Of a stretch of DNA of 47,075 nt, positions 23,164-31,419 are shown piece by piece. The stretch covers positions 1-47,075 of the forward strand of contig CAKSEI010000002.1 of NCBI GenBank assembly GCA_934446285.1, written 5' to 3'. The notes beneath the pieces were generated by a model. It searched no databases, was not told the origin of the DNA, and saw only the letters and a list, made by a program, of their open reading frames with translations. Positions within the stretch are counted from its first letter, which is position 1; the number at the start of each line of letters is the position of its first letter. Both the position numbers and the translations under genes were made by a program. The stretch is from an uncultured Eubacteriales bacterium (lineage in GTDB: Bacteria; Bacillota; Clostridia; Oscillospirales; CAG-272).

Positions 23164-25148
23164 GATTTGCACTTATAGGAAACCAAAACTGCGGAAAGAC
23201 AACTCTCTTCAATAAGCTTACCGGGGCAAGCGCCCATGTGGGAAACTTTCCCGGTGTAACTGTTGATTCAAAGGAGGGGGAAATACGTGCGCATTCCGAC
23301 TGCACAGTGGTCGATCTGCCGGGGATATACTCCCTGCGCCCTTACTCAAGTGAGGAAATCGTTACAAGGGATTTTCTCCTCAAGGGAAAGCCGGACGGGA
23401 TAATTAACATAGTAGATGCGACGAATATAGAGAGAAATCTCTACCTGACTCTCCAGATACTTGAGATGGGAATACCGACGGTTCTTGCTCTCAATATGAT
23501 GGATGAGGTGCGCGGAAACGGCGGCAGCATAGATGTGGACGGGCTTTCCCGTGCGCTCGGCGTCCCCGCCGTCCCGATATCCGCAGCGAAGAACGAGGGT
23601 GTGGAGGAGCTTACGGATGTCGCGCTCGATATAGCGAAAAAGCGTATAAAGCCGGCGAAATACGACTTCTGCACGGGAGCGGTGCACCGCTGCGTTCATT
23701 CGCTGTGTCATATGATAGAGGACCACGCACGTGAGGCGGATATTCCGGTTCGCTTTGCCGCATCAAAGCTCATAGAGGGTGATTCGGACGTTACGGCGCG
23801 GCTGCGGCTCGGAGAAAACGAGCTTGAAACGGTTGAGCATATCGTATCCGAGATGGAGAACGACAGCGCTCTTGATCGCAATGAGGCTATGGCAGACATG
23901 CGATATACTTTTATAGAGAACGTATGCCGCGGAACTGTCAACCACCCGCGCGAAAGCAAGGAGCATGAGCGCAGTATGCGCATAGACAGAGTGCTCACCG
24001 GAAAGTATACTGCGATACCTATTTTTATCGCGATAATGGCGGCGGTTTTCTTCCTTACGTTTCAGGTAATCGGACTCGCCGGTCAGCGTCTCATGGAGAC
24101 GGGGGTCGACGCATTCACTCGCGCGGCGGACGGCGCTCTTGATGCATACGGGATAAACCCCGTCGTGCACTCTCTGATAATAGACGGAGTTTTCACGGGG
24201 GTTGGCAGTGTGCTGTCATTCCTTCCCATAATCGTCGTCCTTTTCTTCTTTCTCTCGCTTCTTGAAGACAGCGGATATATGGCGCGTGTTGCATTTGTCA
24301 TGGACAGGCCTCTGCGCCGCATCGGTCTTTCCGGTAAAAGCTTTGTTCCCATGCTCATAGGCTTCGGGTGCTCCGTGCCCGCAATAATGGCCACTCGGAC
24401 AATCTCCGGTGAGCGTGACAGGCGTATGACCGTGATGCTCGTTCCATATATGTCCTGCTCGGCGAAAATACCGATATACACGCTCTTCACCGCCGCCTTT
24501 TTTGCGCACGGCAGGTTGCTCGTTGTCGCCGAGCTGTATATTATCGGCATGGCTGTAGGAATTCTCGCGGCTCTGATAATGAAAAAAACGGCATTTCGCG
24601 GCAATCCCGTTCCCTTTGTAATGGAATTGCCCAATTACCGTATTCCTTCGGCTAAAAGCGTGCTGCTGCTCATGTGGGAAAAGGCTAAGGATTTTCTGCA
24701 GAAGGCGTTTACCGTAATCTTTGTTGCATCTGTTGTTATATGGTTTCTGACGGCATTCGACACGCGCTTAAATTACGTCTCCGACCCACAGACGAGTATG
24801 CTTGCGGGTATCGGGCGTGCTCTTGCCCCGCTCTTCCGCCCGCTCGGCTTTGCCCGCTGGGAGGTCGCGACAGCCCTGATAACCGGTCTTACGGCGAAGG
24901 AGGCGGTGATATCAACCCTTTCCGTGCTTACGGGAGGGGCAGAGATGACAGCCCTCTTCGCGGGCCGAGCCGAGGCATTTTCGTTTCTTATATTTACGCT
25001 GCTGTATACGCCGTGCGTCGCAGCCTTCGCCGCGGTGCGCCGTGAGCTCGGCTCTGCGGTAAAGGCGGTCGGAGTTGCCGTTATGCAATGTGCGGTTGCG
25101 TGGGCGTGCGCCGGTGTCTTTTATACCGTTGCGGGGTTTATAAGCTGA
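23160..25148 (+). CDS. feoB: Ferrous iron transporter B
   Basis: GTG start overlapping the feoA stop (GTGA). The G-domain is ALIGNQNCGKTTLFNKLTG...VVDLPGIYSL...NMMDE, followed by a polytopic membrane domain. Confidence 0.95.
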   Translation: MRFALIGNQNCGKTTLFNKLTGASAHVGNFPGVTVDSKEGEIRAHSDCTVVDLPGIYSLRPYSSEEIVTRDFLLKGKPDGIINIVDATNIERNLYLTLQILEMGIPTVLALNMMDEVRGNGGSIDVDGLSRALGVPAVPISAAKNEGVEELTDVALDIAKKRIKPAKYDFCTGAVHRCVHSLCHMIEDHAREADIPVRFAASKLIEGDSDVTARLRLGENELETVEHIVSEMENDSALDRNEAMADMRYTFIENVCRGTVNHPRESKEHERSMRIDRVLTGKYTAIPIFIAIMAAVFFLTFQVIGLAGQRLMETGVDAFTRAADGALDAYGINPVVHSLIIDGVFTGVGSVLSFLPIIVVLFFFLSLLEDSGYMARVAFVMDRPLRRIGLSGKSFVPMLIGFGCSVPAIMATRTISGERDRRMTVMLVPYMSCSAKIPIYTLFTAAFFAHGRLLVVAELYIIGMAVGILAALIMKKTAFRGNPVPFVMELPNYRIPSAKSVLLLMWEKAKDFLQKAFTVIFVASVVIWFLTAFDTRLNYVSDPQTSMLAGIGRALAPLFRPLGFARWEVATALITGLTAKEAVISTLSVLTGGAEMTALFAGRAEAFSFLIFTLLYTPCVAAFAAVRRELGSAVKAVGVAVMQCAVAWACAGVFYTVAGFIS

Positions 25149-25149
25149 A

Positions 25150-25290
25150 ATGAGTGCGCCCGACGTAATAATAATAGCAATAATTGCCGTGTGTCTTGCG
25201 CTCGCGGTGCGCAGACTCTTTCGTGCGGGATGCTGCGGTTCGTGCCACTCATGCGATAAGTGTAAAAAAGAAAAGGGAGATAAAAAATGA
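25150..25290 (+). CDS. FeoB-associated Cys-rich small membrane protein (46 aa; absent from the ORF track because it is under 60 aa)
   Basis: My translation is MSAPDVIIIAIIAVCLALAVRRLFRAGCCGSCHSCDKCKKEKGDKK. That is one TM helix plus a C-terminal Cys cluster, the pattern of the small proteins that commonly follow feoB in Firmicutes. It starts 2 nt after the feoB stop, and its stop overlaps the next start (ATGA at 25287). Confidence 0.75.
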   Translation: MSAPDVIIIAIIAVCLALAVRRLFRAGCCGSCHSCDKCKKEKGDKK

Positions 25291-26084
25291 AAAGAAGCTT
25301 ATATGCGGCGACGGGCTTGATTTTTGCTTTCTGCGCTGCCGTCGGAATTGCGGCGACTTTTACCGAGAGCGGCTCGCCATGGCTTGCTTTCGCTGACAGT
25401 ATAGGTCTGATTTTGCCCGCGCGCGTGATAATATGCGCGCTGTGCGCGTCACTTGCGTTTATGTCCTGCGGCTGCTTTATCTCCGCCGCTCCCGCACGTC
25501 TCGGCAGCATGCTGCTCAGGAAAACTGAAATAAACGCCGGCGACGACGTCACAGACTCGGAGCGCGCGCAGATAAAAGGAAAAGTCGGAGCCGTGGGTAT
25601 TGTGCACGCGGGAGCGGTCTTTTCCCTTTTTACACTGTGCGCTGCGTCGATTTCCGTCACGGCGGTATTCTGTATGCAGGTGATAACGAGCCTTGCACAC
25701 AGATATACCATGCCGCCCTCGCGTGCCTTTAAGCTTTTCGCCCTCGCTGCCCTCTGCCTTGCGTTTTTTATATTGACGCTGTGTATGCGATCGGCGGCGA
25801 AGGAGCTCGGCAGGGTCGCTCTGCTGTACGGCGCGAGCGGTACGCGCTCGCGCGTAAAGACTGCTTTTATGACGTTTTACTGCATTCTGTGCGCGGGTAT
25901 CGCGCTGCTCGGCTTTGCATTCTCGGTGCGCACGCGTGGCTGCGCTCTGTCGACTTTATTCTGCGTGCTGCTTGCATGTGCGGCATTTTTCTCTGCCGCG
26001 CTGCTGCACACGATAAAGAAAAAGGTCTTTCCTACCTCTCCCGAGCGGGGAAATGCAGTCTATATGCGGGACTATAATAAATAA
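25287..26084 (+). CDS. Hypothetical polytopic membrane protein
   Basis: Six or more hydrophobic segments with coding-like codon usage. It is translationally coupled to the preceding small ORF. I did not recognize a family. Confidence 0.6.
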   Translation: MKRSLYAATGLIFAFCAAVGIAATFTESGSPWLAFADSIGLILPARVIICALCASLAFMSCGCFISAAPARLGSMLLRKTEINAGDDVTDSERAQIKGKVGAVGIVHAGAVFSLFTLCAASISVTAVFCMQVITSLAHRYTMPPSRAFKLFALAALCLAFFILTLCMRSAAKELGRVALLYGASGTRSRVKTAFMTFYCILCAGIALLGFAFSVRTRGCALSTLFCVLLACAAFFSAALLHTIKKKVFPTSPERGNAVYMRDYNK

Positions 26085-26089
26085 CTCAG

Positions 26090-26175
26090 CGGCTTTTGAA
26101 TAAGAAAAGCATTCGCTAACCTTTTTATTAAAAGTTTTTGCAGAGCTTTTTATAAAAAGCCCGTGAAGTTCGCGC
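26090..26175 (-). repeat. Dispersed intergenic repeat, copy A1 (inverted orientation)
   Basis: The reverse complement ...ggctttttataaaaagctctgcaaaaacttttaataaaaagg...tgcttttcttattcaaaag aligns with the copy at 38666-38763. Confidence 0.55.
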
Positions 26176-26189
26176 CATATCAGTAAAAG

Positions 26190-26222
26190 AGGAGGAACCC
26201 CCCGACGGAGGTTCCTCCTGCA
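26190..26222. terminator. Hairpin between convergent genes (terminator-like on the minus strand)
   Basis: The 10-bp stem aggaggaacc...ggttcctcct is followed on the minus strand by CUUUUAC. Confidence 0.5.
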
Positions 26223-26239
26223 TATTTCGCGAACGGTTA

Positions 26240-26320
26240 TTGTCGATTATCGGGAAAAGCCCGGCAAAAATTCTAATAAAGCGGTAGGCAACAGCGTTTC
26301 TTTTACGCCTCGCTTGTGCT
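26240..26320 (+). repeat. Dispersed intergenic repeat, copy A2
   Basis: cgggaaaagcccggcaaaaattctaataaagcgg... matches cccgaaaaagcccggcaaaaattattgtataagaagcg at 38678-38715. Confidence 0.55.
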
Positions 26321-26324
26321 GCTC

Positions 26325-27149
26325 TTATATATCGCTCTTGAGCGCCGCACCGATGACCGTCGCGTAGCGCGCAAGCTCGGGAATGACGAAATTCATGCCG
26401 AACATGGCTGAGAGCGACGCGAAGATGTCTTTTGCCTGAGGTATTGTGGTCATATTACCCGTCACCACGATGTCGCGCACATTATAGCTGCGCGCGGCGA
26501 AAATAGACAGCATTCCCGCCGTCTCGAATATCATGTTTATTATGCCGAGGGCAAGGTCGCCCTTGTCCGCGAGGTCGCTTATCTTTCCGAAATTCGCGAC
26601 GGTGAACGAGTCGGGCTTACCGGGGATTATTTCCTTGCGCGAAATGTCCTTTAACCGTCTGTCTATTTTGTTGAGGTCGCCCGTGCGCGCGCACTCGATT
26701 ATATTGTCTATGTCCTCCATGTCGAGCAGCTTTTTCGACAGCCCCATGAGTGTGCCGCCGCCGACGCCCGTACCGCCGAGGTAGGAGAATGCTCCGTCCC
26801 GTTTCGCGTGAACCATCGCCGTGCCCGTGCCCATGCTGACTATTATTGCCTCGTCAAGTCCCGAGAGAAACATGCCGCCGCGCGCCACGCTCTCAAATTC
26901 CGCGACGTGATAGCAGTTAAGTCCGTATATCGGCTCGGAGATGAAGGTATTTCCCGCGCCGGTTATCATCACTCTCTCTATATCCGAGAGAGCTATTTTG
27001 TTTTCACTCGTAAATTTGCCGAATGCGCCGTATATTGACGTTGCGGGGTCGGTCGCCTTGACGAAAAGCGGCGGGATAAGCTCTTTACCGTGAAATCCTA
27101 CTATTTTCGTCGTTGTTCCGCCGACATCTATTCCGATTACGTTTTTCAT
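26325..27149 (-). CDS. coaW: Type II pantothenate kinase
   Basis: GIDVGGTTTKIV, VSMGTGTAMV, LGGTGVGGGTLMGL, TVANFGK and a C-terminal ..ATVIGAAL align with my memory of staphylococcal CoaW (GIDAGGTLIKIV, NVGTGTSLH, GGIGTGGGMIQGL, TAANFG, GAIGAL). Confidence 0.8.
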   Translation of the reverse strand: MKNVIGIDVGGTTTKIVGFHGKELIPPLFVKATDPATSIYGAFGKFTSENKIALSDIERVMITGAGNTFISEPIYGLNCYHVAEFESVARGGMFLSGLDEAIIVSMGTGTAMVHAKRDGAFSYLGGTGVGGGTLMGLSKKLLDMEDIDNIIECARTGDLNKIDRRLKDISRKEIIPGKPDSFTVANFGKISDLADKGDLALGIINMIFETAGMLSIFAARSYNVRDIVVTGNMTTIPQAKDIFASLSAMFGMNFVIPELARYATVIGAALKSDI

Positions 27150-27292
27150 TTTGTCTCTGTTCTTTTCCGAAAGTTTGTAATAATTATCCTATCATATTAT
27201 TGCAAAAAAAGCAAGAGTGTGATACAATTTATGCACACGGGGCGGTATAAATGCTCCGCCGCGGCATACAATTTATTACGGAGGACAGTAAT

Positions 27293-27589
27293 ATGAGTGA
27301 GGAATTATACGGCGACGAGATTTTCACCCTTACCGATGAGGAGGGCAATGAGAACGAATTCGCACTTCTCGGAAATGCCGTTATAGACGACGTTACCTAC
27401 TACGCCCTTGAGCCTGTAGACGACAACCCCGAGGGAGAGTACGTCATACTTAAGGCCGATAAGGACGGCGACGAGGAAATTCTCGTGACTATAGACGACG
27501 ATGACGAGTTCGACCGCGTGGTCGACTACTTTGAGGACGAGCTTTTCTCGGATATCGACTACGATGCGGCAGACACGGACGGGGAATAA
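27293..27589 (+). CDS. DUF1292-family small acidic protein
   Basis: I chose the internal start at M15 (GGAGGA RBS). The product is MSEELYGDEIFTLTDEEGNENEFALLGNAVIDDVTYYALEPVDDNPEGEYVILK..., the typical DUF1292 pattern. Confidence 0.8.
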   Translation: MSEELYGDEIFTLTDEEGNENEFALLGNAVIDDVTYYALEPVDDNPEGEYVILKADKDGDEEILVTIDDDDEFDRVVDYFEDELFSDIDYDAADTDGE

Positions 27590-27654
27590 TCCGATTAAGG
27601 ATTTTTCCGTCCTGCCCGGTGCGCGAATATACGCATATTGACCCACACTTTTAA

Positions 27655-27765
27655 AAGAGGAGTCCGCGTTCCCGTTCGGGTTTGCAGACCTCCCCGCAAG
27701 GGATGCTGGGAGCACAAGGTCCGGGATAGGACACCAACCTGCACATGCAGGGTTTTAATAGCGTA
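27655..27765 (+). ncRNA. Candidate structured RNA or leader segment (unclassified)
   Basis: There are five consecutive short hairpins: cccg-uuc-ggg, cccc-GCAA-ggg (GNRA loop), ugc-uggga-gca, gucc-gggaua-ggac and ccugc-acau-gcagg. The strand and the RNA class are not established. Confidence 0.25.
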
Positions 27766-27881
27766 TAATACGGCCGGGCGGGATATTTTTTTCGCGCTCT
27801 GACATTTTTTCGGAAAAATCGGAGCCGGGGATATTTCTCAGGCGGGGAAAAAGCTTGAATGATTACCAAAATATACGGGGG

Positions 27882-27909
27882 ACAGAGCCTTTTGCGGCTC
27901 TGTTTTTTC
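27882..27909 (+). terminator. Rho-independent terminator inside the 450-nt intergenic region
   Basis: acagagcc/ttttgc/ggctctgt followed by ttttt. Confidence 0.65.
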
Positions 27910-28038
27910 GGCTTTTTATACAAAAACACGACTCTCAATTTGTTCAAAGTGCCATACTTTAAAAATGTAAGGAAATCTCCTTGAAAAAAAGACTGTTGTG
28001 TTGTAAAATACTTATATACCAATATAACGGAGGTAAAT

Positions 28039-31000
28039 ATGAAAAGATTTTTAGCATTGGTTCTCGCCGTGCTTACGGTTCTTTCGGTCTGCTCGTTCTG
28101 CGCTCTCGCGGACGACGAGCCCGCGACCGATGCAAAGCCGTACCTGCTCTTAAATGAGAACCCGACGTATATCACGCCGGTTTCCACGAAGAGAACCATG
28201 ATATTCAACGATACCTATACCGTAGCCGATGAGAACGGCGCGGACGGTATAACGCTCTGGATAAACGCAAGGAACGTTAAGTCCGCTGCGTACCTTACAG
28301 GTGTTATGTTTGACATGATCATGGCGAAGTCCGGAACGACCTACAACTCCGCTTCCACCGGCGGCGCGAATCTTCAGGGTAACGGATTTACCATAGATGC
28401 CGACGGTGACTACCTGCTTTGGATTCCGCTCAACGGATACCTTTCATGGCAGTGGAAGAGTGATGTCGACGGTCTTATCAGAAGCGTAAAAAACATTCAG
28501 CTTCTCGGCTACGAGAAGAACAGCTACGACACCGGCAGCAAGAGAGATACCGAGATTGAGATAGCTCTCATGGGTATCTTCAACGGCAATATCACCGCTG
28601 ACGCTACCGAGACTGTTTACGCGTACGACGGCAAGTCCGTTACCGCAGCTCCCACGTATGAGGAAGTTCCGTATGTCGGCAAGATCGGCACGGCAAGCTC
28701 GACGGGAGCTCCGATCTACACGTTCGTAAAGGTTCACGGACCCGACGATGTTACCGTTCCCGCGGGCAAGCAGCTCTTCGCATGGGCTGACGAAGCAGGA
28801 AACATTTCCCTGCCGATAATCTCGTCAAAGCTCACTCCTGTCTTTGAAAACGAGATGATTACGTCCTTCTTCACGATGGACAAGACGACGTGGAAGTTCA
28901 ACTCCAAGGGCAACAAGGTTGACATAAGAGTTGCAAACACCGACAAGGGTATTTCGTCCGGTCATGTCATGATAAAGTATGACGAGGGTCTTGTACACAT
29001 CGACGGCGGCGTAGACGGAATTAAAGAATTTGACTTTGGCAGCGTCGGCGCAGACGGTAAGGTCGGCGAAATCACGGTTGATACCGCAGAGAACGTTTCG
29101 GCAGAAGTTCCCTTTACCTTCATGGGCAGCGCTAAGGCGGGCGATACCGACGTAACCGTTGTTACCGGCGTTGTAACCAACCTCATCGACGGCAATCAGA
29201 CGGGTAAGTTCTTTACCAACCCCGAGACTGTCAAGATAAACTCCGCTGCAGAAGGCTCTTCACCCGAGGCTCAGACGCTTTGGGAGGGCTATGTTCCTTT
29301 CGGAACCTCTCAGAAGGGCGTAACCTATGTCTTTAAGCTTGAGGGTCTTGATACCCCCATTGACGCGACCTGCTTCGACTTTGACTTTGTTGAGCCGAGC
29401 GGAAGCGATAATAAGTTCTCTTCCGGCAACTGGTTCTATGACCAGGCATGGGGTAAGGCTCCCCGTCAGTTCCGCTGCCTGACCTTTGAGGGCAACGGCA
29501 TCTACCGCCTGTATGTAAACCAGCGTATCAACGCCGGCAGATCCCTGCTCGGCATAAAGAGCTTCAAGATATTCCAGGGCTCTTCCGTTACGGACGCCTC
29601 CGGGAACACCTATGTTGCAACGAATACAAATGAGAATGCTGCTTTCACCATGCTCGCAGTAGTTGCAGATGTACTTAACTACAACGTAACATTCCACGAT
29701 GTAAACGGCGAGGTTATAGGCACTTACAACCAGAAGCATCAGGGCTTAGCAGGCAGCGAGAGCGGTACAACCGCATTCCAGTTTGAGAAGGTTCTCACGC
29801 CCGCTGAGCTTTACGCAGCATTTGTTGAGGCTAAGAAGGCAGAGGATCCCGAGTATGTCGAGACTGCTTTCGAAAAGACCTCCGACGTTGCTAACGTAAC
29901 CTACGAGTTTGACGGCTGGCAGGATGCAGAGGGCAACGTAGTAGAGGGTACGTATATGAATATCGACCTCTACCCGCACTTCAAGGTTGTTGATAACCGC
30001 ACATACTTTAGTGTTGAGTTCCGCAACGAGGACGGCAGCGTTCTCTACACGGCATCCGTTCCCGAGGGCGTTATCCCCGAGTACAAGGGCGACACCCCGA
30101 GAAAGGCATCGACCGACACCTACTCCTATGAGTTCAAGGGTTGGACTCCCGAGCTTGCCGCAAAGGGACACGACGACGACAACTCTCAGACGATAGTATA
30201 CACCGCAACCTACAATCAGACCGAACGTACCTACGATGTCATCTTCATGAACGAGGACGGCACCGAGAAGGTAGGCGAGAGCCTGCACATAAAGAAAGGC
30301 GGCGCAGCTACTCTTCCCGAAGCTCCCGCAAAGGCTTCCGACGTTAAGTACAGCTACACCTTTGACAAGTGGGTAGCAATGGACGGCAGCGACGTTGACC
30401 TTAACAATGTTACAGCCGACATCACCGTAAAGGCAACCTATAAGGCAACTCTCAACAAGTACACCGTTACTTACCTTGACGAGGCGGGCAACGAGGTAGC
30501 TAAGGCAGAGGTCGACTACGGCACTGCTGCCCCCGCTCAGACCGCTCCCGAGAAGGCTGAGACCGACCTTTACAGATACGAGTTCGCAGCATGGCTGCTC
30601 AAGGACGGCACAAAGGCTGACCTCTCCTCCGTCACCGAGGATGTCACCGTTAAGGCTTCCTACAACGCCATCTACAAGAATCCTTTCGGCGATGTAAAGA
30701 AGAATAAGTACTACACCGATGCAGTAGAGTACTGCATGGCAAACGGCATAATGAACGGTATGTCCGCATCCGAGTTCGGCGTCGGCTCAAAGACCACGCG
30801 CGGAATGCTCGTAACCGTCCTCTACCGTCTTGACGGTCAGCCGGATGTTTCTTCCGTTACGAATCCCTTCACGGATATCGGCGACAAGCAGTCGAACAAG
30901 TACTACTATCACAACGCTATTCTGTGGGCTTACGACAAGAAGATAACCACGGGCAGAACCGCAACGACCTTTGACCCCAACGGTTACATCAACCGTCAGG

Positions 31001-31266
31001 AGATGGCTACGTTCATGTTCCGTTACAACCAGTACAAGGGTTACTCCTACGATGTCGATAAGTATAACAGAGTAATGCTCTCCGACTTCAAGGACAAGAA
31101 CGATATAGATTCCTGGGCTATCGACGCTGTCAAGTGGGCATATTCTCAGGAGCATATCAAGGGTGTTACCGACAACGGCGTGCTCAAGTTCGCCCCGAAG
31201 GATCCCTGCGTGCGCGAGCAGATGGCTACCATACTTGCACGTTTCGCTCAGGCAAACATAAAATAA
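28039..31266 (+). CDS. Large secreted cell-surface protein: signal peptide, uncharacterized N-terminal region, Listeria-Bacteroides (InlB B-type) repeats and three C-terminal SLH domains
   Basis: The signal peptide is MKRFLALVLAVLTVLSVCSFCALA. Four repeats have the form Y.V.F....G......(V/L).....A..P..P.K.....Y.Y.F..W (YNVTFHDVNGE.., YFSVEFRNEDGS..YSYEFKGW, YDVIFMNEDGT..YSYTFDKW, YTVTYLDEAGN..YRYEFAAW). The SLH-like tail is FGDVKKNKYYTDAVEYCMANGIMNG, FTDIG...YYHNAILWAYDKKITTG and FKDKNDIDSWAIDAVKWAYSQEHIKG. Confidence 0.85.
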   Translation: MKRFLALVLAVLTVLSVCSFCALADDEPATDAKPYLLLNENPTYITPVSTKRTMIFNDTYTVADENGADGITLWINARNVKSAAYLTGVMFDMIMAKSGTTYNSASTGGANLQGNGFTIDADGDYLLWIPLNGYLSWQWKSDVDGLIRSVKNIQLLGYEKNSYDTGSKRDTEIEIALMGIFNGNITADATETVYAYDGKSVTAAPTYEEVPYVGKIGTASSTGAPIYTFVKVHGPDDVTVPAGKQLFAWADEAGNISLPIISSKLTPVFENEMITSFFTMDKTTWKFNSKGNKVDIRVANTDKGISSGHVMIKYDEGLVHIDGGVDGIKEFDFGSVGADGKVGEITVDTAENVSAEVPFTFMGSAKAGDTDVTVVTGVVTNLIDGNQTGKFFTNPETVKINSAAEGSSPEAQTLWEGYVPFGTSQKGVTYVFKLEGLDTPIDATCFDFDFVEPSGSDNKFSSGNWFYDQAWGKAPRQFRCLTFEGNGIYRLYVNQRINAGRSLLGIKSFKIFQGSSVTDASGNTYVATNTNENAAFTMLAVVADVLNYNVTFHDVNGEVIGTYNQKHQGLAGSESGTTAFQFEKVLTPAELYAAFVEAKKAEDPEYVETAFEKTSDVANVTYEFDGWQDAEGNVVEGTYMNIDLYPHFKVVDNRTYFSVEFRNEDGSVLYTASVPEGVIPEYKGDTPRKASTDTYSYEFKGWTPELAAKGHDDDNSQTIVYTATYNQTERTYDVIFMNEDGTEKVGESLHIKKGGAATLPEAPAKASDVKYSYTFDKWVAMDGSDVDLNNVTADITVKATYKATLNKYTVTYLDEAGNEVAKAEVDYGTAAPAQTAPEKAETDLYRYEFAAWLLKDGTKADLSSVTEDVTVKASYNAIYKNPFGDVKKNKYYTDAVEYCMANGIMNGMSASEFGVGSKTTRGMLVTVLYRLDGQPDVSSVTNPFTDIGDKQSNKYYYHNAILWAYDKKITTGRTATTFDPNGYINRQEMATFMFRYNQYKGYSYDVDKYNRVMLSDFKDKNDIDSWAIDAVKWAYSQEHIKGVTDNGVLKFAPKDPCVREQMATILARFAQANIK

Positions 31267-31302
31267 TTCGCACTATGCGGCGTGATATCGCCGTGTGTGA
31301 GA

Positions 31303-31340
31303 AAAAGAGGAAGACAAGCTCTTCCTCTTTTTTCTTTTTT
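31303..31340 (+). terminator. Rho-independent terminator
   Basis: aagaggaag/acaagct/cttcctctt followed by a long T-run. Confidence 0.8.
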
Positions 31341-31353
31341 CACGGAAAACCAC

Positions 31354-31381
31354 TTGTAAATATCAGAAAATATGGTATAAT
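31354..31381 (+). promoter_or_regulatory. Promoter candidate for pgk-tpiA
   Basis: TTGTAA, a 16-nt spacer and an extended -10 TGgTATAAT. Confidence 0.5.
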
Positions 31382-31419
31382 ATTCTTGATTTAAATGATG
31401 GATGTAAGGAGTACAAACT

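Noticed and set aside
27700-27760. A resemblance of ggtccgggataggacaccaacc to the SRP RNA helix-8 core (GGUCCGGAAGGAAGCAGCC). I also considered c-di-GMP and c-di-AMP riboswitches ahead of the surface-protein gene.
   Set aside because: The pairing around the putative tetraloop does not reproduce the SRP symmetric and asymmetric loops. I could not find the GEMM-I/II or ydaO conserved cores (GGCAAACC, GACGCAAAGC and others). The region is kept only as an unclassified structured candidate.
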